In this document: in pieces, positions 19,887-29,876 of the stretch
Layout of the letters: every line of letters starts with the position of its first letter
How positions within the stretch are numbered: the first letter of the stretch is position 1
Assembly (NCBI GenBank): GCA_031409655.1
Contig: JANNXQ010000208.1
Span: 1 to 49,850, forward strand
DNA from: Chthoniobacteraceae bacterium
Lineage (GTDB): Bacteria > Verrucomicrobiota > Verrucomicrobiia > Chthoniobacterales > Chthoniobacteraceae
Direction of reading: 5' to 3'
Length of the DNA stretch: 49,850 nucleotides
Position numbers and translations under genes: made by a program
The notes under the pieces: model-generated
The model's input: only the letters and a program-made list of their open reading frames with translations
Told to the model about the DNA's origin: nothing
Databases searched by the model: none

Positions 19887-22498
19887 TCACTTCTTCAGCC
19901 CCGAAGGGGCTCCACAAGGCCCATTCGGGACGGAAGAGATGGCTCTCGTGGACTGCATCCATTTCCGCGACCGCATCCATCGCATCGGCACAGCTCGCGC
20001 CCGATGCCGCGCTGAAATCCTTTCAACTCGCCGACGATTTGCGCGTCGAACTCGTCGCCGCCGAGCCGCTCGTGGAGTCCCCGTGCGCGCTGGCCTTCGA
20101 TGAAAAGGGCCGCCTCTTCGTCGCCGAAAATCGCGGCTACCCGCGCACCGCCGAGCCACCGCAGGGCCGCATCGCCTTGCTCACAGACACCGATGGCGAC
20201 GGGCGCATGGACCAGCGCACGACTTTCGCCGAGGGCTTCGCTTACCCGAATGGCGTGCTGCCGTGGGACGGCGGCGTCATCGTCACCGCCGCACCAGACG
20301 TACTCTTTCTGAAAGACACCGACGGCGATGGCCGCGCGGACGAGCGCCGGGTGCTGCTCACTGGCTTTGATACAGCGAAGAGCACCCAGCTCCGCGTGAA
20401 CAAACCGATGCTCGGCCCGGATGGCTGGATCGTTCTGGCTGCCGGACTATCCGGCGGTACGATCACCTCGCCGGAGCACCCGGAAAAGCCCTCACTCAAG
20501 ATGACGGGCGACGTGCGCTGGAATCCGCAGACCGGCGACTTCGAGGGCGTGGACGGCAAGTCGCAGTTCGGCCAATCCTTCGACGACTTCGGACGGCGCT
20601 TCATCTGCATGAACCGGCTGCCCGTGCAGCATGTGGTGCTGGCGTCGCGATGGCTCGCGCGCAATCCGCGGCTGGCCTTCAGCGAGACCGTGCAGGACTG
20701 CAATGAGCGCGGCGTGAGGACGACGATGAAGGGCGGCGGCGACGGTGTGCGCCTTTTCCCCACGAGCCGCAACATCACCACCGCGGATTCGCACGCTGGC
20801 TCCTTCAGCGCGGCCTGTGCCATCACCATCTGGCGGGGCGGCGCGCTGCCGGATCGGTACGACGGCGCGGCTCTCTCGTGCGATCCGACGGGCAATCTCG
20901 TCCACGCCGACAAACTCGTGCCGCGTGGTGCCACCTTCTCGGCGGAGCCGCTGCTGGAAAAGCGCGAGCTGCTCTCGTCGAGCGACGATTGGTGCCGGCC
21001 CGTCTTTCTCGCCAGCGGCCCGGATGGCGCGCTCTACGTGGCCGACATGTATCGCAACAGCATCGAGCACCCGGATTATATGCCCGAGGAAGTGCGCAAA
21101 CACGCGGACACCGAGAGCGGCAAGAACATGGGGCGCATCTGGCGCATCAAGGCTGCGACGCCGCGCCCGCAGCCAGCACCGGAAACTTTTCGTGACGAAT
21201 TCGCACCGATCCTGAAGTCCGCCACCGATCCCGAGGGCGCCGCAAAACTCGCCGACGACCCGAGCGCCCGAGTCCGTTTTTGCACCGCGCTGGTGCTCGG
21301 TGATCTGCGATCTGCCTCCGCGACCGAAGCCCTGGCAAAGATCGCCGCACGCGACGCCGAGGATCGCTGGACGCGCGCTGCCGTGCTCAGTGGCATCGCT
21401 GGACGGGAGGCGGATTTCCTGGGCGCGGTGTGGCCGCGATTGCAAGGGGGAAGTGAGGGCGAACTCGAATTGCTCGCGGGTGTCGGTCGCTCTTTCGCCG
21501 ATCCCGCAGCCGCCCTCGCCGCCATCGAGAGTCTGTCCGGCGACCGCCCTGCGGAAATGGCCGCGCTGCTCACCGACGTGCGAAACGCGGAAAAGACCCC
21601 GCACTTCTCCAAGCTGATCGAGGCGGCCGTGCAATCCGCACCGGACCCCCACACCCCGCAGTCCGTGCGTCTGCTCTTCATCCGCCTGCTCGGACGCAGC
21701 ACCTGGGAGCGCGCCTCCGCCCCTCTCCTCCAGACCGTCGCGACGGCGAGTGACGACACCCTCCACACCGCCGCGATCCGCGCCCTCACCACGCTGGATG
21801 CGAGCCGCGCGGCCACCGAGTTGCTCGACCAGGGCGCGTGGCGACACTACAGCCCCACGATCCGCGAAGCGCTCATCGGCGCACTGCTCGCCCGGCCCGC
21901 CAATGCGAGTGCCGTCCTCGCCGCCATCGACTCCGGCGGCCTGCCCGCCTCGGCCTTCACCGCACCGCGCCGCCTCTTTTTCTCGAAACACCCGGACGCC
22001 GCGATCCGCGATCGCGCCGCGAAAGTCTTCGCCGCGACCACGACGAGCCCGGCTGCGACTCAGGCCAAAGTGCAAGCCGCGCTCGCGCTCACCGCGAAGA
22101 GCCCGCACGGTCGCGAAATCTTCAAGCAAGCCTGCGTGACCTGCCACCGGCTGAATCAAGAGGGCGCAAATGTGGGCCCGGACCTTTTCGACATGCGCCG
22201 CCAGCCAAAGGAAAACATCGCCTTTCACATCATCTCACCCGACGCGGAGATCGCGCCCGCCTTCACGGCCTACTCCTGCGAAACCAAGGACGGACGGGGC
22301 CTCGCGGGCATCCTGACCTCCGAGACACCCACCAGCATCAGCATCCGCCAGCCCGGCGGGACTGAGGAGACGGTGCTCCGCGCCGACTTGAAGTCCCTGA
22401 CCGCACTGCCCACTTCCCTGATGCCCCCTGGCCTCGATGCCGCGATGTCGCCGCAGGATTTTGCGGACCTCCTCGCCTATCTCAAAGGCGAGCAGTGA
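19883..22498 (+). CDS. PVC-type heme-binding CxxCH protein (beta-propeller dehydrogenase-like, HEAT-like repeats, cytochrome c)
   Basis: ELVAAEP, DTDGDGR, GPDGALYVADMYR, CVTCH, GPDL, SLMP.GL. Confidence 0.9.
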   Translation: MITSSAPKGLHKAHSGRKRWLSWTASISATASIASAQLAPDAALKSFQLADDLRVELVAAEPLVESPCALAFDEKGRLFVAENRGYPRTAEPPQGRIALLTDTDGDGRMDQRTTFAEGFAYPNGVLPWDGGVIVTAAPDVLFLKDTDGDGRADERRVLLTGFDTAKSTQLRVNKPMLGPDGWIVLAAGLSGGTITSPEHPEKPSLKMTGDVRWNPQTGDFEGVDGKSQFGQSFDDFGRRFICMNRLPVQHVVLASRWLARNPRLAFSETVQDCNERGVRTTMKGGGDGVRLFPTSRNITTADSHAGSFSAACAITIWRGGALPDRYDGAALSCDPTGNLVHADKLVPRGATFSAEPLLEKRELLSSSDDWCRPVFLASGPDGALYVADMYRNSIEHPDYMPEEVRKHADTESGKNMGRIWRIKAATPRPQPAPETFRDEFAPILKSATDPEGAAKLADDPSARVRFCTALVLGDLRSASATEALAKIAARDAEDRWTRAAVLSGIAGREADFLGAVWPRLQGGSEGELELLAGVGRSFADPAAALAAIESLSGDRPAEMAALLTDVRNAEKTPHFSKLIEAAVQSAPDPHTPQSVRLLFIRLLGRSTWERASAPLLQTVATASDDTLHTAAIRALTTLDASRAATELLDQGAWRHYSPTIREALIGALLARPANASAVLAAIDSGGLPASAFTAPRRLFFSKHPDAAIRDRAAKVFAATTTSPAATQAKVQAALALTAKSPHGREIFKQACVTCHRLNQEGANVGPDLFDMRRQPKENIAFHIISPDAEIAPAFTAYSCETKDGRGLAGILTSETPTSISIRQPGGTEETVLRADLKSLTALPTSLMPPGLDAAMSPQDFADLLAYLKGEQ

Positions 22499-22563
22499 TG
22501 CGACTTGGCTCCGGGGAGCCGGGCTGATTTCTTGCACACGGCTCGCCTGAGCCAATCCATCCC

Positions 22564-23604
22564 ATGAGCAAAAAATACAACGTCGCCGTCATCGGCTATG
22601 GGTGGGCCGCCACCGCCCACATCGCCGCAATCAACGCCACCGCCCAAGCGCGAGTCACCGCGGTGTGGTCATCCCGGAAACTCGACGATGCCGAGCTCAG
22701 CGCCCGACACGGCTCGCCGATTAAAACTTACACCGACCTCGCCGCCATGCTCGCCAGCAGGGACGTGCAGATCGTGGATATCACGAGCTACCCGGACCAG
22801 CACTCAGCGCAATTCATCACCGCCGCGAAGGCCGGCAAACACATCATCATCGAGAAGCCGCTGGCCATCGAGTGGAGCGAGATCGTCGCGATGAAAAAGG
22901 CCGCGGCGGAAAGCGGCGCGAAAGTCTGTGTGTGCTTCGAGTGCCGCTGGTCGTCGCAATTTCTCACGACGAAAGCAACGATCGACGCGGGCCTCGTCGG
23001 CGCGCTGCACTATGGCGAAGTGGACTACTACCACGGCATCGGACCCTGGTACGGGCAGTATCGCTGGAACACGCAGAAGAAGCTCGGCGGCAGCGCGCTC
23101 CTGACCGCTGGCTGCCACGCGCTCGATGCGCTGCTGCTCTGCATGGGCAGCGAAGTCGAGGAAGTCACCAGCTACGCGTCGCAAAGCAGCCATCCCATCT
23201 TCACCGCCTACGAATATCAGACCTGCGCGACGACGATCCTCCGTTTCAAAAATGGCGCCGTAGGAAAATCCGCCGCCGTCGTCGATTGCTTCCAACCATA
23301 CTATTTTCACACCCACCTCGTCGGCAGCGAAGGCTCAATCCTCGACAACAAATTCCACTCCCAAAAACTCGGCGGCCTGAACAAACACAACTGGTCGCAA
23401 CTTTCCATGAAGATGCTCGATAGCGGCGACGTGAGCGACCACCCCTATCAGACGCAGTTCCAAGCCTTCTTCGACGCGCTCGACGCCGGCCAGGACATGC
23501 CGCTCACGAGCTTCGCCGATGCCTTCAATACGCACCGCGTCATCGCGGCGGCGGACAAGTCGGCCGCGGAACGCCGGGCCGTGAAACTCAGCGAGATCGT
23601 GTAA
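22564..23604 (+). CDS. Gfo/Idh/MocA family oxidoreductase
   Basis: VIGYG, AGKHIIIEKPLA, GGSALLTAGCHALD. Confidence 0.92.
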   Translation: MSKKYNVAVIGYGWAATAHIAAINATAQARVTAVWSSRKLDDAELSARHGSPIKTYTDLAAMLASRDVQIVDITSYPDQHSAQFITAAKAGKHIIIEKPLAIEWSEIVAMKKAAAESGAKVCVCFECRWSSQFLTTKATIDAGLVGALHYGEVDYYHGIGPWYGQYRWNTQKKLGGSALLTAGCHALDALLLCMGSEVEEVTSYASQSSHPIFTAYEYQTCATTILRFKNGAVGKSAAVVDCFQPYYFHTHLVGSEGSILDNKFHSQKLGGLNKHNWSQLSMKMLDSGDVSDHPYQTQFQAFFDALDAGQDMPLTSFADAFNTHRVIAAADKSAAERRAVKLSEIV

Positions 23605-23640
23605 CCGCCGGGCCTCCGAATACGGAACAAAGATGTTGCG

Positions 23641-23661
23641 AATACATATCCAGTATGTATT
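23641..23661. promoter_or_regulatory. Palindromic operator upstream of vapB
   Basis: AATACATA-tccag-TATGTATT, perfect 8-bp arms, 8 nt before the ATG. Confidence 0.75.
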
Positions 23662-23669
23662 TTGTGCGC

Positions 23670-23969
23670 ATGAAACTCACTTTAAACATTGATGACGACT
23701 TGTTGACCAGGGTCATGGAGACGACTGGCGCCAAGACCAAGACCGAAGCCATCCACGCCGCCTTGGCGGAGGTGGATAGGAGGAACAAATTGATTGCCTT
23801 ATTGTCCGAAGGAGTGGGCGACATCGACTGGAAGAACGCCTTCGACGAAAAATCCTGGGCGGATCACAGCGAAACGTCCTTGGCGGCCGAAACTCCGGCG
23901 GCTCCCAAACCGCCTGCAGTCAAAAGGAAACCCACGAAATATGGTAGCAAGCCCAGTCCTGGTAGATAG
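23670..23969 (+). CDS. vapB: VapB family antitoxin
   Basis: MKLTLNIDDDLL...TGAKTKTEAIHAAL; directly upstream of a PIN gene. Confidence 0.88.
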   Translation: MKLTLNIDDDLLTRVMETTGAKTKTEAIHAALAEVDRRNKLIALLSEGVGDIDWKNAFDEKSWADHSETSLAAETPAAPKPPAVKRKPTKYGSKPSPGR

Positions 23970-24336
23970 CTGTTGGTACATCCAACATTTACGGATGCGG
24001 ACGGATCCGATGGCCGAATTGACGACGATCGCGATGTCTCGCGATGTGGCCACTTGCGGCATCGTGCGTTGCGAAGTGGGCCGGGGCGTCAGGGAGCCCG
24101 CGCTCCTGAAGAAATTCGACGCGCGCTGGGATGTGATGCTCTACGTGCCGACGGACAACAAGCTGTGGGCGGAAGCGGAGGCGATGCTCTGGCAACTCGA
24201 CCGCCGCGGCCTCAACCTGCCACTGACTGATGTCGTGATTGCCTGCTGCGCGAAGCGGATCGGCGCCGTCGTGCTGACCTATGACGCGCACTTCGATCTG
24301 ATCCCCGGCATCCGCTCTACAGATCGCATCCTCTGA
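23941..24336 (+). CDS. vapC: VapC PIN-domain toxin
   Basis: LVDS, CEV..G, LTDVVIA, LTYDAHF acidic tetrad. Confidence 0.9.
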   Translation: MVASPVLVDSCWYIQHLRMRTDPMAELTTIAMSRDVATCGIVRCEVGRGVREPALLKKFDARWDVMLYVPTDNKLWAEAEAMLWQLDRRGLNLPLTDVVIACCAKRIGAVVLTYDAHFDLIPGIRSTDRIL

Positions 24337-24338
24337 CG

Positions 24339-25109
24339 ATGCCGAGCGCCCTCGCCATCGCCGCGCATCCGGACGATATCGAGTTCGTCATGGCAGGAAC
24401 CCTCTTGCAACTTCACGCCGTGGGCTGGGACATCCACTATCTCAACGTCTCCACCGGCGACCTGGGCAGCACCGAGATGTCCGCCGCCCAGACGGCCCGC
24501 ACGCGGCGGGCGGAAGCGCAGCGCGCGGCGAAGATGCTTGGCGCAAAGTGGCACGCGCCGTTTTGCGACGACCTCCTCATCTTCTACGGCGAAGCGAACC
24601 TCCGGCGCATCTGCGCCGTGGTGCGGGAAGCGCGACCGACCGTCGTGCTCACCCATGCGCTGGAGGATTACATGGAAGATCACATGAACGTCGCCCGGCT
24701 TGCTGTCACCGCGACCTTCTCACGCGGCATCCCGAATTTCCGCTCAACACCCTCTCGCAAGCCGACGCTCGATCCGGTGACCATCTACCACGCGATGCCG
24801 CACGGCCAATGCACACCGATGCGCGAACCCGTGCGACCGGAACTGATCGTGGACACGACGGACGTCCACGAGACCAAGCGCGCCGCGCTCGCCTGCCACG
24901 CTTCGCAAAAGGAGTGGCTCGATAAGACCCAGGGCATGGATAGTTACCTCGCGACCATGGATGGCTTCTCGCTCGCGATCGGAAAACAGTCCCGCCAGTT
25001 TCAACACGGCGAAGGTTGGCGCCGGCATCTGCATTACGGCTTTGGCACAGAGCAAGACGACCAGTTGCGCGAAGCCCTTGGGAAAATGTATCACCGACCA
25101 AAATCATGA
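24339..25109 (+). CDS. PIG-L family deacetylase
   Basis: [26 protein letters not shown]. Confidence 0.92.
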   Translation: MPSALAIAAHPDDIEFVMAGTLLQLHAVGWDIHYLNVSTGDLGSTEMSAAQTARTRRAEAQRAAKMLGAKWHAPFCDDLLIFYGEANLRRICAVVREARPTVVLTHALEDYMEDHMNVARLAVTATFSRGIPNFRSTPSRKPTLDPVTIYHAMPHGQCTPMREPVRPELIVDTTDVHETKRAALACHASQKEWLDKTQGMDSYLATMDGFSLAIGKQSRQFQHGEGWRRHLHYGFGTEQDDQLREALGKMYHRPKS

Positions 25110-26044
25110 AAATCCACTCCAGCTCGATCTCCGCCGATTGGTGGGACTACACCTGCATCGACAAGGCGATCGTCGCTGAAGTCGCCCGCCTCACGCCGCG
25201 CGATATTGAGAAACTTTCGCGGCCCGGCTTCCGCGTGGTCTTCTACGAGACCCTCGAAGATTTCTACCTGGCCGAAGCGCTCGAATACATCGCCGCGTGG
25301 AAGCAGAGCACGGATGACAATCCCGTCGGGATCTGCGGGCCGATCGGGCCGACGGAGCAACTCCCGCTCGTCGCCCGGCTCGTGAATGAACTCGGAATCG
25401 ATGTGCGCAGCGGGCACTTCTGGGGGATGGATGAGTGGTTCGATGCGGCGACGGGCCGGGAGGTGCCGGTGACGCATCCGCTGAGCTTTGAGAAGGCGGA
25501 TCGTGAAATGTGCATCGAGCGCATCGCGAAGAAGCAACGGATGCCGGACACGCATCTGCATTTCCCGAAAGCGGACACCGCCGCGTATCGCCAGACCTGG
25601 GATGCCGGTGTGCGCTGTGCGGTAATGCAAGGCGGGCAGGGCGACGTGAAACACTGGGCCTTCAATGATCCGCTGCCTCGCCGTGGCAAATACAAAGCCG
25701 TGCCACCGACCCCGGCCGAGTATCGGAAACTCGCGACGCGCGTCGTCGAATTGCACCCGCTGACCATCGCGCAGAATGCCCGGACCAGCGGCGGCGGAAA
25801 TATCTCAATGGTGCCGACGCAGGCCATCACCGTTGGCCCCGTCGAAACGTGGAAGGCCGAGAAGGTTTCAATCTGGCAGGCGGGCACGCATGACAATCCT
25901 TTTGGCCAACGGCTCACGACATTCCTGATCTCGAAGAAGCTACCGACTTCCTGCGTGCCGATGTCACTGCTCGCGGATCATCCGAATGTGCAGTTCAACT
26001 ACTACCGTGGCGGGCTTGGATCGTGTGCGGTGGAGATGCACTGA
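25106..26044 (+). CDS. Glucosamine-6-phosphate isomerase/deaminase-like (NagB-fold) protein
   Basis: [40 protein letters not shown]. Confidence 0.75.
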   Translation: MKIHSSSISADWWDYTCIDKAIVAEVARLTPRDIEKLSRPGFRVVFYETLEDFYLAEALEYIAAWKQSTDDNPVGICGPIGPTEQLPLVARLVNELGIDVRSGHFWGMDEWFDAATGREVPVTHPLSFEKADREMCIERIAKKQRMPDTHLHFPKADTAAYRQTWDAGVRCAVMQGGQGDVKHWAFNDPLPRRGKYKAVPPTPAEYRKLATRVVELHPLTIAQNARTSGGGNISMVPTQAITVGPVETWKAEKVSIWQAGTHDNPFGQRLTTFLISKKLPTSCVPMSLLADHPNVQFNYYRGGLGSCAVEMH

Positions 26045-26045
26045 A

Positions 26046-26945
26046 ATGAACCGCCGCGTCTTCCTCCAGACGGTCGCCCTCGCTGCGGCCGCGCCGGTCT
26101 TGGCCGCGCCGGATTTCCGCCTCCGCTATCTCCTCAGCTCGGCGATGTACGGCATGGGTAAGCTCGAGGACATCGTGCCTGAGGTGCCAAAGACCGGGGC
26201 CACCCACCTCGACCTCTGGCCGAAGAAACATGGCGACCAGCGCGAGCAGATGGACGCACTGGGACACGTTGCCTTTGCGGCGCTGATCGAGAAACACGGC
26301 GTGCAGCTCGGCTGCCTCACGCGCTACGATCTCGGGCCATTCAAGCTGGCGGAGGAGCTGAAGGTGGCGAAACGCTTTGGCTGTCGCGTGATCATGACGG
26401 AGGCCGTGGGGCCAAAGGGACTCGCGAGCGACGCTCTCAAGGCGGAGGTGAAGGCTTTCGCCGAGAAGATGAAGCCGCACTGCGCGGAGGCGGAGAAAGC
26501 GGGCGTGACCATCGCGATCGAAAATCACGGCAATGGGCTGATGGAATCCATGGACAGCATTCGCTGGCTGGTTGAGTTCGCGCCGTCGCCAGCGCTGGGG
26601 ATCGCCCTGGCCCCGTATCATCTGCCGCAGGACGAGCCCGCGCTCGCCGCACTGCTCCGCGATTGCGGGAAACATCTCACCGTCTTCATCGCCTGGCAGC
26701 ATGGCGAAGGCTGCATGACGGTGATGCCGAAGGAGAAGGAGCTGCTCCAACTCCCGGGACGCGGACCGCTCAACTTTGCCCCCCTGCTCGCCGCGCTCCG
26801 CGAGATCGATTTCCAAGGCTTCACGAACATCTTCATGCACCCCACCCCGCGGGGCATTCCGATCGTGGAAGGCGGCACCAGCGCCGTCACCGCCGAGATC
26901 AATCGCGCGCGCGCCTACCTCGATACCACGCTCACCAAAGCGTGA
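26046..26945 (+). CDS. Sugar phosphate isomerase/epimerase (TIM barrel), Tat-exported
   Basis: MNRRVFL twin-arginine signal, IAIENH, PGRG.LNF. Confidence 0.82.
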   Translation: MNRRVFLQTVALAAAAPVLAAPDFRLRYLLSSAMYGMGKLEDIVPEVPKTGATHLDLWPKKHGDQREQMDALGHVAFAALIEKHGVQLGCLTRYDLGPFKLAEELKVAKRFGCRVIMTEAVGPKGLASDALKAEVKAFAEKMKPHCAEAEKAGVTIAIENHGNGLMESMDSIRWLVEFAPSPALGIALAPYHLPQDEPALAALLRDCGKHLTVFIAWQHGEGCMTVMPKEKELLQLPGRGPLNFAPLLAALREIDFQGFTNIFMHPTPRGIPIVEGGTSAVTAEINRARAYLDTTLTKA

Positions 26946-26968
26946 CGCCGCAGCGCTGCACCGCGCGC

Positions 26969-29818
26969 TCAGTCCACGAAGACAAACTCATTCGCCGCGA
27001 GTAAGACCTGCACGTATTTCTCCCACGCCGTGAGCGGTGGGGTGCGGGGCGGAGGCGGCCCGGAAAAACCGATATTGGCATCGAAGTCGCCGAGGTCGCC
27101 TTTTAGCACGGGCGTCCAGGCAAAGCCGTCATGCGTCGTGTCGCCTCTGGATTCCACGATGAAGTCGATGGCGTCTCCTGCTTTCACTTCGACCTTCGCG
27201 ATCGCGGCCTCAATCGTTGCCGCGGGCTCGACGGTGACTTGCAGCAACTCGCCCACGCGGCTCGAAACGATCCGCCCGATGACCCCATTCCCCAGCTTTG
27301 ATTCCCGCCTGATCTGACCAGTGATGGCGACAGTGCCGTCGCGCGGCGCCGTCCAGCGGCGGATGGCCGCGAGGTCCGCACCGGGATGTCCGCCGTGCGC
27401 ATGCAGACTCACGTAGCCGAGCTTCGCATCAGGAAGCTTTGCGCCCGCCTGCCAGACGCGATTCACGAATTTCGGCAGCGCCGTGAAGGCGACCGCGCGC
27501 GTCGCGGTGTCGTAGCCGCCGGAGCCGTACTGCCACAGCGGCGGGGCCGGAGTAGGCGGTGGCAGGGCCATTTGCGCCTGCACGAAACGAAGCCCCGCTT
27601 CGACCTCCGCCGACTCTGCAGGGCGCGCGTAGATTTGCGCATAAAGCGCCTGCACGTCGGCCGCGCACGGCTGGGGTTGCGGTGGGATTTTCGTCGCGAG
27701 GGCGCGGGTCTGCTCGACCACGAAGGGGCTGTTCAAGATGAAGAGCGCCTGCTGCGGCACCGTCGTCTGATAACGCTGTGGGCTGGTCGTATCCGGGCTG
27801 GCAAAGTCGAAGGTGCGGAAGACCCCGGGCAGATTCTGGCGATCAATGAGGCCGTAAACGGTCCGCCGTTTGGAGAAGGGCTCGACGGTCACATCCACGG
27901 CCCGCCCAGCCATCTTCAGATCGAGCTGGCCGGACGCGAAGAGCAGCGAATCGCGCGTCCCCTCGAAGTCGAGGCGGCGGCGGTTCATCCGGGAGAGCAG
28001 CCGGTTTTCGGGGTCCGCAGCTTTCGCCTTCAGATCGTCGGCTTCGGAGGTCTGCTGATACGTCGCGCTGGTCATCATCACGCGGTGCAGTTTCTTCAGC
28101 GACCAGCCATCGTCCATGAAGCGCATCGCCAGCCAATCGAGCAGCTCGGGATGCGTGGGCGGCTCACCCTTTACTCCGAAATCACCCGGCGTGCGCACGA
28201 TCCCGGCGCCGAAATGCAGATTCCAAACCCGGTTCACGATCACGCGCGGCGTCAGCGGATTGCTCTTGCTCGCGATGGCCTGCGCGAGTTCGAGTCGCCC
28301 GCTGCCCTTCTTGAAAGGTTGCGGATCGCCGGCACTGAGCACGGTCAGAAAACGCCGCGGCACGGCTTCCCCGGGGCGTCCGGGATTGCCGCGGATGAAG
28401 ACGCGCGGCTCCACGGGTTTCGGCGCGTCGCGCATCACCATGGCGTGCGGCGGAGCGATCGGGCTGGCGTTCAGTTGATCCACCAATTTCTCCACGGTGC
28501 GCAAGGCGTTGCGTCCGGCGCGGTCGAGGAGCTTGTCCAGACCGCGATGCTGGATCGGCACGAGGCAGCCCGTGGTGAGGGCCACGCGCCAGGCCATCAG
28601 GCGCGCGTGCGTTTGCATTTCTTCATCCACTTTGCCTTCTCGCGCGGTCAACTCGCGCTCGTATTCCGCATCGGCAACGGGATCGGGTTCCTTGGCGAGC
28701 GGTGGCAGATCTTCCGGTTCGATCGACGATGCGAAGACACCATGGAGCGCGTAGTAATCCTTCGTGGGGATGGGGTCGAACTTATGATCGTGGCAGCGCG
28801 CACAGACGACCGTGAGGCCCATGGTCCCGCGGCAGAGCACGTCGATGCGGTCGTCGATGATGTCGTTCTGATTATTGAGGAAGCGGCGACCGAGGGTGAG
28901 GAAACCCATCGCGGCGAGCGACGACGGATCGTTCGGCGGCGCCACTTGATCCGCGGCGATCTGTTGGATCAGGAATTGATCGTAAGGCAGATCGTCATTG
29001 AGCGAGCGAATGACCCAGTCGCGATAGGTGTAGGCAAAGGCGTAGCGACGTTCCTGTCCGGCAACGAGGTAGCCCTTCGTATCCGCGTAGCGCGCTACAT
29101 CGAGCCAGGAGCGGCCCCACCTTTCACCGTAGCGCGGCGAAGCCAGCAGCCGGTCGATGACTTTTGCCCAGGCATCCGGCGCGGGGTCTTTTTCAAAAGC
29201 CTCGATCTCCGCGGTGGTCGGCGGCAGGCCCGTGAGATCGAAGGTCGCGCGCCGGACGAGTGTGCGCCGCGGCGCCGTTGGGGAAGGCTGCAGACCCTGC
29301 TCGCCGAGCTTCGCGAGGATGAAAGTATCGATCTCGTTTTTGGCTTTCGCTTGCAGTTCGCCGATGTCCGGCAACGCGGGCCGCTGCACCTTTTGGAAAG
29401 ACCAGTGGGTCTTCGCCGCCTGCTCCTGCGCGGTGAGCGCAGCGCCCGTATGCTCTGGCCACGGCAGCCCCATGCGCACCCATTCCGTGAGCGCGGCGAT
29501 CTGCGCATCGGGCAGTTTTTCGGCTTTCTCAGGCATCTTCGATTCGCCTTCGTGGCGGATGGATTTGATGAAAGTCCCCTCCTCTGGCTTGCCCGGCACG
29601 ACCACTGGCCCGAGATCGCTGCCCTTGAGCAAAGCCGCGCGCGAATCGAGCCGGAGTTCAGCCTTCTGCTTCTCCGGCCCGTGACATTTGATGCAGCTCT
29701 CCAGGAGCACGGGCCGCACATTTTTCTCAAAGAACTCTCCCTCGGCCGGCGTGATCGCACGCGCGCTGACAAGGCCACTGGCCAAGGAAAGTAGAAGAGT
29801 GACGGACAGAAGACGCAT
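26969..29818 (-). CDS. PSD1 and planctomycete cytochrome c domain protein (DUF1549/DUF1553)
   Basis: FFEKNVRPVL..CIKCHG, LVRRATFDLTGLPP, YGERWGR.WLD.ARYAD, CARCHDHK, PTHPELLDWLA, PQQAL, EFVFVD. Confidence 0.93.
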   Translation of the reverse strand: MRLLSVTLLLSLASGLVSARAITPAEGEFFEKNVRPVLLESCIKCHGPEKQKAELRLDSRAALLKGSDLGPVVVPGKPEEGTFIKSIRHEGESKMPEKAEKLPDAQIAALTEWVRMGLPWPEHTGAALTAQEQAAKTHWSFQKVQRPALPDIGELQAKAKNEIDTFILAKLGEQGLQPSPTAPRRTLVRRATFDLTGLPPTTAEIEAFEKDPAPDAWAKVIDRLLASPRYGERWGRSWLDVARYADTKGYLVAGQERRYAFAYTYRDWVIRSLNDDLPYDQFLIQQIAADQVAPPNDPSSLAAMGFLTLGRRFLNNQNDIIDDRIDVLCRGTMGLTVVCARCHDHKFDPIPTKDYYALHGVFASSIEPEDLPPLAKEPDPVADAEYERELTAREGKVDEEMQTHARLMAWRVALTTGCLVPIQHRGLDKLLDRAGRNALRTVEKLVDQLNASPIAPPHAMVMRDAPKPVEPRVFIRGNPGRPGEAVPRRFLTVLSAGDPQPFKKGSGRLELAQAIASKSNPLTPRVIVNRVWNLHFGAGIVRTPGDFGVKGEPPTHPELLDWLAMRFMDDGWSLKKLHRVMMTSATYQQTSEADDLKAKAADPENRLLSRMNRRRLDFEGTRDSLLFASGQLDLKMAGRAVDVTVEPFSKRRTVYGLIDRQNLPGVFRTFDFASPDTTSPQRYQTTVPQQALFILNSPFVVEQTRALATKIPPQPQPCAADVQALYAQIYARPAESAEVEAGLRFVQAQMALPPPTPAPPLWQYGSGGYDTATRAVAFTALPKFVNRVWQAGAKLPDAKLGYVSLHAHGGHPGADLAAIRRWTAPRDGTVAITGQIRRESKLGNGVIGRIVSSRVGELLQVTVEPAATIEAAIAKVEVKAGDAIDFIVESRGDTTHDGFAWTPVLKGDLGDFDANIGFSGPPPPRTPPLTAWEKYVQVLLAANEFVFVD

Positions 29819-29876
29819 CGCCCCAAACTAACCGTGGCCGGAAATGCGCGTTAGGAGATTTTGCGACTCCCGACCG

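Noticed and set aside
22505..22556. Hairpin TTGGCTC...GAGCCAA as a terminator
   Set aside because: Imperfect stem, large loop, no U-tract; role unsupported
27386..29794. 802-aa ORF antisense to the PSD1 gene, and other long antisense ORFs (1589-3019, 4977-6509, 20492-22228, 33103-34788, 47308-49224)
   Set aside because: Shadow ORFs expected from high-GC codon bias; no recognisable motifs, and each overlaps a well-supported gene
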